A stretch of DNA of 63,812 nucleotides, filler included, from Reticulomyxa filosa (lineage: Eukaryota > Protista > Foraminifera), in the NCBI GenBank assembly GCA_000512085.1. It is 11 parts of 11 records of this genome, joined end to end, with 100 filler letters (N's around TTAATTAATTAA, not from the genome) between each part and the next. Parts side by side here need not be neighbours in the genome. Positions count along the whole stretch, not along the records: positions 48,289 to 52,327 come from ASPP01022702.1; positions 52,428 to 54,723 come from ASPP01008632.1; positions 54,824 to 56,863 come from ASPP01044331.1; positions 56,964 to 60,027 come from ASPP01027100.1; positions 60,128 to 62,231 come from ASPP01021519.1; positions 62,332 to 63,812 come from ASPP01005779.1; 5 more parts are not named here. One strand, written 5' to 3'. The stretch's first letter is position 1. Each line of letters begins with the position of its first letter. This document shows, piece after piece, positions 51,201 to 63,429 of this stretch. A program made the position numbers and the translations under genes. The notes under the pieces are model-generated. The model did not search any database. It was given only the letters and a program-made list of their open reading frames with translations, and was not told the origin of the DNA.

Positions 51201-52081
51201 ACATTTTAAATTGTTGTGGTTACTTCTAATAGTTTACAGTGTTCCTCTGTCTGCAGTAACTAAAAACATTTTTGGAGTTTTGTAAGTGTGTTTGTAATGT
51301 TGGACCGTTTTCTTGAAGTTTGGGAAAGAAAATGTGTATATCTGATTCCCAGTTTGTACTCCAGTCGTCGTCTTTGTTTAAAATTTTTTGACACATTTTC
51401 AAAAGAATACACGAACAGCACACCATTTACTCTAGTTTTCTTGAATGCATAGAAAGTGGTACAATTTGATATGATGATTCTTTACTTGATATCTAAACCT
51501 TTGCAGAATACATTTCCGGAAATTGTGTATCATATATTGTCACCATGCTCGATTCATTATAGAATAACAACATTCAATTTCATCGCCTTCTTTTATTTGT
51601 AAACTCTTCCATTTTGCATCATTTATGTTGCCCTATTGCACCACATACTCTTTTTTAAAAAGTCTCGATATCTTTCTTTACAGTATACGTGTACCTTCAA
51701 TGTCACATAAGCAGTGCTCACTTTTTTCTTTATTTTGAAAACTAGTACAACTTCTTTGCTTATGTTTTTTAAAAAAATGTTGACTGTTTATCATTGTTCA
51801 ACTACTCAATATCACATAATGCATAGAACATACTTCTCAGGAATTGGAATGTTTGATTTTTTGGATATGTTCTTGATGGCATTGAACAACCTCACTTTTG
51901 TTGCTGTTTTCAATTCCACTTTTTTAAGCAAATCTTCCCAGTCTTTTTCTGTTTGTTTGACAACTTCCTCCACAGACTTACAGTCTTGATCATCACGAAG
52001 CACTTTGCATAATGCCTGTTCCTGTTTCATTTCAACAGGTGGATTTTTCAAGAAGGATAATATTTCGTCTTCCATGTCCAC
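48289..52081 (-). pseudogene. Fragmented RNF213/mysterin-like AAA+ ATPase gene with an N-terminal SAM-like segment
   Basis: VGYPGTSKTLS (Walker A), LLLLDEIGLAEHSKHFPLKVLHHLLE (Walker B region, cf. RNF213 VVVLDEVGLAE...PLKTLHPLLE), KMNR and VVYHLDISS...FLFQLLHLQHI...FFIEIP occur in RNF213 order. They are split across frames with many stops. Confidence 0.75.
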
Positions 52082-52327
52082 TAGACATGTAGAATATTAA
52101 AAAAAATTTTTGCAGAACTTTTCCTTTGTCTAGGTTTAATCAAAAAAATTACAAGTTGTGCTTCAGATTTCTGTGAAATGCTATTATTTTAAATAAGCGC
52201 TTGTTTTCTAACTGTTAAGACATAATATGTTATTGAATCAATTGCTCACAAGTTTCAAGCACAGACTTGGACAAATCTTTCTCTTAATAAAAGACATCCA
52301 TAAAATTATTTCCATTGAAAATAATAA

Positions 52328-52427
52328 NNNNNNNNNNNNNNNNNNNNNNNNNNNNNNNNNNNNNNNNNNNNTTAATTAATTAANNNNNNNNNNNNNNNNN
52401 NNNNNNNNNNNNNNNNNNNNNNNNNNN
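52328..52427. other. Artificial contig spacer
   Basis: 44 N + TTAATTAATTAA + 44 N. Confidence 0.99.
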
Positions 52428-52444
52428 GAAGGAAATAAATAAAT

Positions 52445-52541
52445 ATTAATTATTATATTGATATTAATATCAACATCAATATTAATATCAATATCAATAT
52501 TAATATCAATATTAATATCAATATCAATATCAATATCAATA
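52445..52541. repeat. (ATATCA/ATATTA)n hexamer microsatellite, probably intronic
   Basis: Direct tandem hexamers downstream of a GT donor on the minus strand. Confidence 0.85.
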
Positions 52542-52554
52542 TAAATAAAAGAAC

Positions 52555-53305
52555 CTTCCACATTTAATATCTTTGTGCTCATCACTGAGGTAACCAGGGG
52601 CAAAGTTTGGATCAAGTGCTGCAGACATGGGTGACAACAGTCCCAAAACAGGGACAATGCTATTATCATTCTTATGTTTGGATGTGCTTTTGCAAATGGA
52701 CTCGGAAAGATATCTTTTTTTTTCCTTCTGCCGTAATTTCCTTTGCAGACATTTCTCCATTTCATCCATCATATGCGCTTGTGATTCATATACAAATTGC
52801 TTCAACAATCGACGTGCCTTGTCAAACAATTGAATAAAAGGTATGTCACGTATACCATATGCTCGTCCAATCGTCTGTTTTTTTTGTCATCATCATGGTT
52901 TTATTAAATAATAGTACCATTCATTATTATCTTTGCTGTTCAACACAATGGACAAAGAAATAAAAAGTTCCTGCTCAAAAATATCAAAGTTCATCAAAAT
53001 AAACTGGACATGATCTTTGTACACGTCAACACACGATTGAAGTTCGTCGCGGATTAAATACATTGCCAAGGGTGACCATTTTGCATAGTATAAACATAAA
53101 ATTACTTCTTTTTCATTATATCGCATAATCTCATCCAACTCATTTAGTGACATCACTTCCAATACTATTCGTTCTACTATCTCCGATCCTATATTGTTCT
53201 TCCCGTTTTGTCCTTTTTTGACGTGTGCAACGTTGAAACAGGTTGATTGTCAGTCAAGTTTGTGGGAACATTAGTTCCATTGTCCTTCACTGTATCATCT
53301 GCCAT
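52555..53305 (-). CDS. Thioredoxin-fold protein lacking CxxC, 3'-partial
   Basis: EVMSLNELDEIM...VILCLYYAKWSPLA...VQFILMNFD, then (next exon) IGRAYGIRDIPFIQLF, follows the Trx pattern (FxAxWCxPC ... IxxxP) with WSPLA at the active site. Confidence 0.65.
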
Positions 53306-53742
53306 CTTGGTATTGTTAGAAAAATCCGTCAAACATCCTTTGTCCATCTGTTTTATTTGAGATGGCTTTTTTTTTGGATTGTTGCAGTACCCTCAGCGCG
53401 CACTAGTCACTTGTTTTTTTATATTGTTTCACTACAACAGTTTTAAAATCAATTTTTTTACGTACATAAGTCATTTAAATGTTCCGAAAGGATGACATTT
53501 GCTTCCTTCAAAATGTCCCCATTTTGGCACCAATTTTTGTCTTTATTGATCCGTGAATATCTGTGAAAGCATAATGACTACTGTCTTTGAATATAAAATT
53601 GAAATGGCCAATATTGAAAATTATTGTTTATACAAATTTCATAGACTATAGATTTCAAAAACAGTATGCAACAAGTGAAAAGTACAGTTTGAGTACGTGT
53701 GCATTTTTTTCTTGATTCCTCGTGATTTGTAGGAATCAATAG

Positions 53743-54648
53743 ATGTATATCTCGTCTAAGACTGTACGAGAAGGTGATACGTTTACTTCTTGCGATCCAG
53801 TCTTTATGGGTAATCCGTTTCACAACACACTTGTTCGTTTGAACACAACCGGTAATCCTGGGGCGAGTACTTTCCTTACGATCGGTCCACACAGCAACTC
53901 TCCTTCTGTTCTCCCAATCACAACGATTAGCAATTGCTATTCCCCTCTTATTCCCTCAAGCACAAATTATTTAATTTTCAATGAGTCTAATTCGAATGTG
54001 ATGGAAAGGTCACAAATTAGTAGAGACGCAAACAGTGTCATGCAATTGCAAGCACCAGGACATCAACACGGGAGCTCATTTCAAGATTTTCGTGTATACA
54101 CAGAAGTTTATACCGGAGGTGAATTTTAAAAAAAAAGGAAAAGGGCAAGAAGGGGGGGGGGAATGAATCAAAAAAAAAAAAACCGACAAAAAAAAAAAAA
54201 AGCACAAGAAATAATGGCCAATAAACATCGTTTTGAATTGTGGAACGTGAACTTTAACAAGCCAATAAAACACCCTTATTTATCTCATGACGGGTATTTA
54301 TACAAACATATGGGAAAAAAGACAAATAAATTGGGAAATCATGTAGTGTATTATTATTGTATTACCGGGAAAGGATTCGATGAAAAATATTGGAAAAATC
54401 GGCCAAGGCCAATGTGTAAAGCGAGTGTTGGAATTGAAAGAGACGCCGATGATAACATTATATCTATCATGGTCAAGCATTGTCATAAGCACATTTCCTC
54501 GTGCGCATTATTTCCGAAAGAGGCGGTGAACTGGATCAAATCCTGGAATTTGTGTCTTGTGCCTTCCACCAATCAAATTCGAGGATACGACGAGCTGTGG
54601 AACTCTCAGTGCAAATATTCCATTGCACCCGGCGCACATCACCAAATG
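53743..54648 (+). CDS. WRKY/FLYWCH-like (WRKY-GCM1 fold) zinc-finger protein, 3'-partial; exons 53743-54118 and 54203-54648
   Basis: HDGYLYKHMGKK...VYYYC-x18-CKA-x~18-HCHKH. A phase-1 GT-AG intron joins it to an S/T/N-rich first exon. Confidence 0.6.
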
Positions 54649-54723
54649 GTTGATTTTTTTTTTTTTTTTTTTTTGCAACCACGAATGGACGGTTCAACAA
54701 AACAACCAAAAAAAAAAAAAAAC

Positions 54724-54823
54724 NNNNNNNNNNNNNNNNNNNNNNNNNNNNNNNNNNNNNNNNNNNNTTAATTAATTAANNNNNNNNNNNNNNNNNNNNN
54801 NNNNNNNNNNNNNNNNNNNNNNN
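54724..54823. other. Artificial contig spacer
   Basis: 44 N + TTAATTAATTAA + 44 N. Confidence 0.99.
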
Positions 54824-55063
54824 TGAATGTACACAAAACAAATTCATTTCCAATCAACTTGGTATTTCCATAAATCGTTTGCAATCCATTTAAAGTTTTA
54901 CAAATGCATTCGTTTGCCACAAAACTTTTCTTATTTTTATCTTAAAGTAACTTTATTGACCATTGAATTGAATGTTCTTCAGTTTCGGTATGCCCAGCAG
55001 AAGTGGAGGGGGCAAACTGATGAGAAAATCTTGAGTGAAAGCCTTTGGTTAGTTTACAGCAGC

Positions 55064-56224
55064 ATGAAATCGTTGCTGGTGTTGGTGGTTCTGCATGTAT
55101 TGAATGTATTCGCTGTAGTGTTAAACGCAAGTGAGAGGAATACAAGCAATTGCAGCTGGACGAACAAACAAAAATACTTTAATCAACATATCAATATTAA
55201 TATAATGGCAATATCAAGTGATAGACTGCTCAATCAAATGTGGAAATCGGAAACATTGACATGTGAGCAATGTCTACAATTATACAATAACACGGCAAGC
55301 GCATCTTCATTGCAAATTTCCAACAATAAGTCGATGCAATCAACAAATAAAATTATACGTATTTTCCAAAGCACTCTGAGTGCCAACACAAAGCAGTCCA
55401 AAAAGAACTTACCCTCCAAAACGTCGACAATGAGTGTATTCATACCCATTTCGACTATACAACAGACAACACACAAATATACATTCACAGCAGCGACATT
55501 CAGGTACATAGCATTGATAGAAAGACTAAATGGAAAAAATAAAAAAAAAGGGGGAGGTTTACGTATATCAAGAGATAGGAAGGGTGGAAGATGAATGGTG
55601 TACGTTATAAATTTTATTTAGAAATGACTTTTTTAAAAAAACAAAAATAACAGCAATGGCAAAGTGGAAGTAATGATAAGGACGCAATCATGGAATAGAT
55701 CGTGCAACAGCATTGAGCGAGTATCGATTGTGAAAAATGGCTGTGAATTGTCCAGGTACAACGCAGCCACATACACCAACATTACCAGTCGCTGCAGATT
55801 TTCTTTTCCAACATCTTGCTGCACCATCCAAGCAGGTGTCAAGCACAAATTTGTGCAAAACTCAACTCGTTCAAAATTTTGCCTCAATTTTGGAAGTATT
55901 ACCCAATGTTGCAATGTTAAGTTCTTTTACTTCCTTTTTTTTTGTTTAAAACAAACAAACGAATAAACAAAAAAATAGATATTTGACTTTGCAGTGCAGT
56001 TGATAAAACAAAAATGGCGGACGACGTATACTTGGAATAATTATCCAAAAGTTGCAATTACTGGAGAAAACACAATATTTGCACGAAATGGACAAACTGG
56101 AAAATACTATTTATCAACATTCAATTCATCGACATATTGCACCAACTCAAATGCAAACATTTGTTGCAACAATGTAAATACTACGTCACAATTGCTATCA
56201 ATACAAACGTCGACGACGCCATGA
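55064..56224 (+). CDS. Predicted secreted Cys- and Asn-rich protein, three or more exons
   Basis: Signal-peptide-like MKSLLVLVVLHVLNVFA; GT-AG introns at ~55504-55653 and ~55916-55978; CC pairs and many NxS/T sequons. Confidence 0.55.
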
Positions 56225-56449
56225 ACATTGCCAAGTTATATTTATTTTTCTTTGCTGTTCTATAATAGACAATATTTTTTCACTCGTTATTTGTGTATAG
56301 AAAACAATTGCCAAGATATGTGATGGTATTTGAATTAGAGTGAATACTATAACCACTTACGCGATTGCAAATGGGTAAGTGAAGGTAAAGTCTTTTATTT
56401 TTCATTTACATTCAATTTATAACCATGTCTTGTGTGACTGTTTGTAATA

Positions 56450-56863
56450 GGATAATCTAATAGAATGAAAAGAAGAAAAAGATCATGGGGTAGCAACCAC
56501 CCCCGTCTCCGCAAGGAGAAAAAATGGTTTGTTCTGTTTGCTTTTTTTAAAAAATATATTCAAATGTTGATATGTTTATGATATAGGTTCCCCCGTCCCA
56601 ACAATATTCGATTTTATATACCCCCCTCAACACACACCAAAAAATAATGATAATTATGGGGTTGAAGTCTACTCCGTTTGTAACAAAACAAAAAAAGGTT
56701 TGTATATGTTTTTTATTTATTCATATATATTTATACCTTTGTTATAAAATGTTTGTTTGTCTTGTGATGAAATAGGAATTCCCCCTCAAATGAAGAGCCT
56801 ATATTTGTATATATGTATATATTTATTTGCCCCAAAAAAAAAACAAACAAGTGTGAAGTGTTT
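56450..56863 (+). pseudogene. Repeat family B copy (decayed Pro-rich micro-exons)
   Basis: ATG GGG TAG CAA CCA CCC CCG TCT CCG CAA GGA GAA AAA ATG|gt (MG*QPPPSPQGEKM); ataggaattcccc at ~56773 also occurs at 60171. Confidence 0.5.
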
Positions 56864-56963
56864 NNNNNNNNNNNNNNNNNNNNNNNNNNNNNNNNNNNNN
56901 NNNNNNNTTAATTAATTAANNNNNNNNNNNNNNNNNNNNNNNNNNNNNNNNNNNNNNNNNNNN
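56864..56963. other. Artificial contig spacer
   Basis: 44 N + TTAATTAATTAA + 44 N. Confidence 0.99.
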
Positions 56964-57810
56964 GAAGTTAGTACATATTTGATGATGCGCAAAGTCGCCA
57001 CTCGTGTATGTATAGAACCATTCCGTAACCGAGATAAAGTCGACATGCGGTCTTTCTTTGTTTTAAAATAAATCTAATGCTGTATAGTAACGGAATAATC
57101 TTGTTTTCTTCACTATCATCATCCTCCTCATCATCATTGTTATCTTCTTCTCATTCTTTGTCTTCCAATCAGACCGCTGCTGCAATAATATAAACTACGA
57201 AGTCTATCAGTCGGACGGACGCAAGCATTTCCAAAAAAGACTATTATCCAACGTTTGAATATGCGATACAATGGGCAATGGTATCACTATTATTTTTTTC
57301 TTCAGTCTTGGGATTATTAGTTGTTCTTCTTTTTTTGCTTGCGTTGGATTTGCATAGACTTGAATTTTGACTTTCGAATCGCGTAAGGACAATGGCACGT
57401 AAGAACAATGGCAAGTAAGATAGCAAGAAAGACATATCAATGCAAAAAGAATCAAATTGGCGAATCGTACTTCATTGTCCTCCAAATGTTGGTATAATAC
57501 AACTAGCACAAATTATTCCGCATCCAATAAATCGTCCGTTATCTATAGTCAATCACGGGGGACAGTTCATCAAAGATAACAGACTAGGCCCAAGGTACGC
57601 GACTCTTGCAGCAATGGAACCAAAAAGTATACTATCTATTTCTATTCGCCAATTATCAATGCTAAATATCACTCGCTGTCTCGTGATCCTATCACCAACA
57701 CGCACATGACCCAAACAAAGTTGCGCATCTATGCGTTTCAATTGTTCTTCCGTGCCATAAACTTGGAGCTCGAGATTGGAGATATTCCATTGTTCGTTCC
57801 ACATCGGCGT
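56964..57810. repeat. Repeat family A copy on a different contig
   Basis: 56985-57150 aligns with 10470-10620; 57520-57690 (gcatccaataaatc...gacagttc...agataa...tcttgcagcaatg) aligns with 17159-17330. Confidence 0.7.
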
Positions 57811-59880
57811 TTATTGACAGTCGATCTCGATAACATATATTTCTCTTTCGTCAATTCTTCCATTTGTATTATGTGTCCATGAAGTCCACTGCGCAATTTC
57901 GCTTGGTCTCCATCTTGATTATGTGATTCCACACAAATATGCCGATGTCCAGGTCTTTTTTTTTTTTTTAAAAAAAAAAGAACATAATTATTGAATTTTG
58001 TTTTATTGCAATTGACAAATAGTAACAAACCTGCAGGTGAAGTATACAATTTTCCAACGGTATCTTTGGGTATTCTTTTCCAACGTCCATGCCGTATACG
58101 TCGTCCACTTTCGCATCTTTTCCAATGTACGGTATTATCTATTTTTCCAAATCTCAAAGTTCAACATTATACATCGTTTAAAAAAAAAAAAAATGGTCAG
58201 ATTAACTTTTTTTTTTGTTCACTTTTGTCGTCGTTGTCGTCTGTTGCTATCGTTTTAGGAACCAATTGATCTTCCATTGGCGAACGTACCTATTCTTTTT
58301 AGATACTACATTTCACATTCGAACCAAGTTACTATCAATTGATACATATCTTTTGGCCTCAAACAAATATCGCACAACAAAAAAAAGACAAAAAAAAACA
58401 AACCTGAAAGTAACATTATTTGTTGATCTTTTTTTTTTTATCTAGTTATCTTCCTTTTGCCAAGATCGAAGTTGTTGGCATTGAGTTGGATGAGTGATCT
58501 TCGAACTATCACGATGGCAGCATCAACGATTATATCACCTTTCACACGTTACCTGGACTCGATATCTGTGCAAGACAAGACGAAAGCGAAAAGGCTGACC
58601 CAATGTATTCAATGTCGTCTGTCGCCACTATATTGACAAAAATTATATTATTATCGTCTTGAGTTGGAAGTCACATTGGATGTTTTCAAGTCCACCACTT
58701 GAGGAAATGAACCTTTTTGCGTGAAGTGACCACGATATACTTGGATTCAAAATATTCTTTCATCGCAATGTGCCATTGTATCGCAAGAGTTCCATTTGCC
58801 CAAATCCAAACCAACAATATCTCCTTTCGTGGAATCAGTTTCTCATTCAAATATTTCTCTGTTTTGTTTGCCACCGAACGCCACGAGCAAAGTATACACT
58901 GTTTTTTGCACACTATATTGAAACACACAACTATTATAATACAAAGTAAGGATAGCTTTTTTTTGTGGTGAACTTGAAACATTTATCCAATTATTGACCA
59001 TCGTTCCACCGATCATCGAGTTCGACTCCTAGCATTTCTACGCAGCGACAAAGTCATCAACGCCGATTCATTCATAACACTTTTACGATCGCGAACCAAT
59101 ATCTTGTTTAAAGATGGCAGCCAACTCATCCAACGCAATGCCAGTGGAGATTTGATATTGAAGGTCAATTTTTCCTAAGAAACGAATTGCCCGATCGCGC
59201 CATCTCTTGTTCAATTTTGCGCTTTGACAACTGCGTGTTATCTCCGACGTTGAAATGAAATAAATCATCTGAGACTTAGCTTTGTCATTTGGCTAAGTCT
59301 TTCCACCCACTGTCCGCACTCGATCGCCAATTCCCGCCATCACTGATAACTGCGATTTGATCTCTTTTCTTCGTTTTGGCGAATCACCCGTCGTGCTTGG
59401 CTCACGTCTGACCATATCGTCGATTTCGACTGAACGATGGTTGAGTTCGAAGGCCCCTGTCAAATCTCGCAATTGCCCCAATTCGATGCCGGAACGCAAT
59501 TTTTCTCAATCTGGTCCATTTTTTGTAGAAGTTTTTGCCGGCTAAAGATTTTCTTATGTCGCTGCAGTTAGATTTGTAATTTCTCCAAGCCTGCCGTCTG
59601 CTTAATGATTCAACAATTTCGGAGCGCTTTGCAAATACTGGCGATCGTCCGCTGCGGTGAAAGGCATTTGCCATTGTTCCAATGAGATTCCATGTCCACT
59701 TCCACACCAATCACTTCGTATTCATCGACCACACTGCCAATGACCAAACAATCCATTCTTCGCCCGAACGAAGCAAACTTGATCTATTTATTGGGCGATA
59801 TTCACATCATTCCGCCCTTCACCTTCTTTGAACCATGCGCTAATGCGCATTTCTTCCATGTTTTTGGGATAATGTCCCAT
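57810..59880 (-). pseudogene. Decayed coding sequence of unknown family
   Basis: Higher-GC coding-like minus-strand frame from 59880 to ~59000 with scattered stops, plus further fragments to 57738. Confidence 0.4.
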
Positions 59881-60027
59881 TTTTATTTTCAATTTTTTAT
59901 ACTTTTTTTTATCTTTTTATCTTTTTTATCTTTTTTTCTTTTTCTTTAATCATTTTTTTTTTCTTTTTTTCCTATTTGTTCTATTTTTTTAAAATTTTTT
60001 TCTATTTTTAATCTTTTTCATTTTTTT

Positions 60028-60127
60028 NNNNNNNNNNNNNNNNNNNNNNNNNNNNNNNNNNNNNNNNNNNNTTAATTAATTAANNNNNNNNNNNNNNNNN
60101 NNNNNNNNNNNNNNNNNNNNNNNNNNN
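60028..60127. other. Artificial contig spacer
   Basis: 44 N + TTAATTAATTAA + 44 N. Confidence 0.99.
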
Positions 60128-60809
60128 TATATATTCTTTTATTATATAATGTGGTTGTGATTGTGAAACAATAGGAATTCCCCCTTCAAAGAAAAAACTG
60201 TATATGTTTATTTTTTTATTTGTCTCCACATACCTACAAAAAAATTTGTGAAGTGCTCAAACAGAAAACAAAGAATGGAAATGAACGTTATGATCAATTT
60301 ATCAAAGTTATAATTATATTTTTTTTGTTCGTAAAAAATTATAAAATATAACTTTGCTTGTGTATATAGATGTCCAGCGCAGCAAAAGACGGCAGAGTGT
60401 AAGTATCTTTTCAAGGATTTGGAGAAAGTGGGAAATAATAGTGCTAAGGGGGGGAAAGAGAAAAAAAAAATGAAACAATTAAAAAAAAGGGTATAAGGAA
60501 AAAAAAGGATAAATAAAAAAAAGATGGAATAATAAATAAGAAAAAAAAAAGAATGACAAAAAAGTATGGAAAAAAAAAGAAAAAAAAGAACATTATTATA
60601 AGGAAAAAATAAATGAAAGAAAAAAAAAAGAAAAGAATAAGAAAGGAAAAAAATTGTTTGAAATTTTAATTTTTTTATTTGAAAATTGATGAGATCCCGC
60701 GTGGGATAAACATTAGTTAAGTTCAATTTTTTTTCTTTGTGTGTTTGTTTAAAAAAATAACTGTGAAAACATACGTATAGGCGAAGCCGCGTATCATACG
60801 CATAGCGCA

Positions 60810-62231
60810 CGATGAGAAAAAAAAGTTGCAGTGGCGTCACTTAATTATTTAATTGCGGATATGGAAACAAAACGACACAATACATGGATATCAAAAGCAA
60901 AGTGAATATAGTGTGTTGAATAATATATAGTCCAAAGTTGCAATGCGTTCGTGTGTTGAAGAATTCATGAACAAAATCAAAAAACAAAAATTTTATTACT
61001 ATCAGTAATTGCAGATTGCTCAATCCACCAACATGAAGAACAACTACAATAATAATGGGATCCACAATTACAAAAGCAATATCAGCGGCAATTTTAATAA
61101 TGGGACAAGACTACAGCAACTACTAACACGAGAACGGGAGAGACAATGATATCATGGATAACATTGAATGCACTAATTCTCCTTTGGCAAAAAACTCGAA
61201 TCCAAAATTGAAAAATAGATTGTTGTGCTTATCTTTTATTTACGGTTTGATGGCGAATCTAGTGAAGTGGATGTTGGCAAGAACTGAATAATCAATAGAT
61301 TTAATTGACACGACGCAATCATCAATGTCACCATTTTTATTATATATACTCAATTCAGCTGCTGTTTCATTGTTTCACACTATCCACAAAAATACAAACG
61401 GATCAACAGTGACAACAACCACACCATCCAATACCATTGGTCCAATAATTTGCCTGGACATTCGCTTGTTAAAAAAAGATTGCACTGTGAACTCAAAGAA
61501 GTATTCCAAATAATTGATATTTACGTACATCGAATTGAACGTTGCCTCCAAGATTTCATATCGAAATAACTCAAACCACATTATGCACGCCAGTCTCTCT
61601 ATCAAAAGAAAAAAATGCCAATCAGTTAATGTGATTTGAAGCAATAGCTATCTTTCCTCTTTTCAAATAATCTCCAATTAATATGTTATTTCTGTATATA
61701 GATTTGAAACGAAAAATGTTGTTGCAGTGAAGGTGTTAGAGATATTAAAAGCTTGTTCAAAGCAAATTCAGTATATAACACCTTGGCTGAATTGGAAGCA
61801 TTAAACGTCTTATCTTCGGTTGCAGATGGTATTGACACTGTTTGTGAGCCACATGATCCTCCGAAAATAGTGTTGCTCAAACTTCATTCTCTTCAAATCG
61901 TGTTGCTGCGAATAATCAAATATCGAACATGACTAATCGATTTATTAATACGGTTTCCAATTTACTAATGTTGCCGTCGGGTGAATGCATCATTCTCTGA
62001 TTGCATTTAGTAACAGCCGGAAAACAAACAAAGCAGAATTACATTCAGCAATCTTGGGATCAACTCCGCAAACTGACCAATCGATATCTGGGAAACAATC
62101 CACAAGTATATTGCCGATCTTAAAAATGCACAATTACCACCAATAATGACAGCAACGATATGAATCAAATCTATCGACGAAATGAATCGCAATTGTGTCG
62201 TTATCCAACGGTCTTCTCTTGGATATTACAA
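60810..62231 (+). pseudogene. Decayed coding-like sequence, family not recognised
   Basis: Protein-like pieces (e.g. RDIKSLFKANSVYNTLAELEALNVL) broken by frequent stops. Confidence 0.3.
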
Positions 62232-62331
62232 NNNNNNNNNNNNNNNNNNNNNNNNNNNNNNNNNNNNNNNNNNNNTTAATTAATTAANNNNNNNNNNNNN
62301 NNNNNNNNNNNNNNNNNNNNNNNNNNNNNNN
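62232..62331. other. Artificial contig spacer
   Basis: 44 N + TTAATTAATTAA + 44 N. Confidence 0.99.
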
Positions 62332-62456
62332 AAAAAAAAAAAAAAAAACTTGTTTAGTTTGATTCCAATTTTAATTTACTTTGTTTTGTTTGTTTGACTC
62401 TATTCATTGATTCAATAATTCAATAATTCAATAATTAAATTACTGCTCACCCACAG

Positions 62457-63393
62457 TAAAGTATTTAGGATTGCTGGGATTAAACAAAGTAATGCCACAA
62501 AATCCTCGCGCCGTCGCAGAAAGTCGCGATTTGATATTGCAATGCTTGGACGATCCTGACGTGACGATTCGAATGAGGGCTTTGGATTTGATTATGTCGA
62601 TGGTGACGGAAAAAAATTTGGAGGCGATCATCCAACGGCTGACGGATCACTTGTATGGGACGGACGGGTCCTATCGCGACCACGTCTTGGAACAAATCAT
62701 CAAAGTGTGCTCCAAAGAAGACTATGAGTTTGTTCGCGACTTTGCTTGGTATGTGCAATTGCTTACCAACATGACCAACCTGCAATCCATGTCCCGACGA
62801 AATGCCGAACTCATTGCCGAAAACATGATCGATGTTACACTTCGAGTTCCCGAAGTCCGAAAATTTGCAGCACAGCAAATGGTATGTTGGATATTATCAA
62901 ATCATTGGTTTATACACGATATCTCGTTCTTTTTTTGTTTCAATTGATCAACCTGAATATATATACATATATATATATATATATGTATATATTGCCAATT
63001 GACATACAACACAATCAAATCATAGGAAATATTGATAGTAAATAATGGATTAATTGGAGATGCTCACAATATGCAAAGCAATGCCATTTGTCGAGTGTTG
63101 CGCGCGGCCGCGTATATTGTCGGAGAGTTTGCTGAGCTTGTGAAAGATCATTTGACATTGGTGAAAGCTATGCTCCAAACCAGAGTTGCATCCTTGCCTG
63201 GCGATATTCAAGGGTTATTTGTACACAATGCATTGAAAGTCTTGGGTTATGGCTTGGTTAAAATTTTGAATGATGATAACGAACAGCAAGCTACAAACCA
63301 GCCTGACAAGGTGCATATCTAATTTGTTGTTTTTTTTAAAAAAAAAAAAAAAAAAAAATTGAATGTATGTTGAAATTGAAAGATTAACTAAAT

Positions 63394-63429
<36 letters not shown>

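Noticed and set aside
52376-52765. ORF with an (ID/IN)n repeat
   Set aside because: It reads through an intronic microsatellite into the spacer.
56485-56530. Stop-codon reassignment (TAG=Gln) suggested by MG*QPPP
   Set aside because: Intact genes terminate normally at TAA (1200), TAG (34581, 25081) and TGA (44841), and long exons have no in-frame TAG. A C>T decay mutation is simpler.
60208-60840. 210-aa Phe-rich minus-strand ORF
   Set aside because: It is the antisense reading of an A-rich low-complexity tract.
18328-62331. Ten identical TTAATTAATTAA elements flanked by Ns, as a biological repeat or array
   Set aside because: They are fixed 100-bp artificial joins with stops in all frames. 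ORFs running into them and gene neighbourhoods across them are artefacts.
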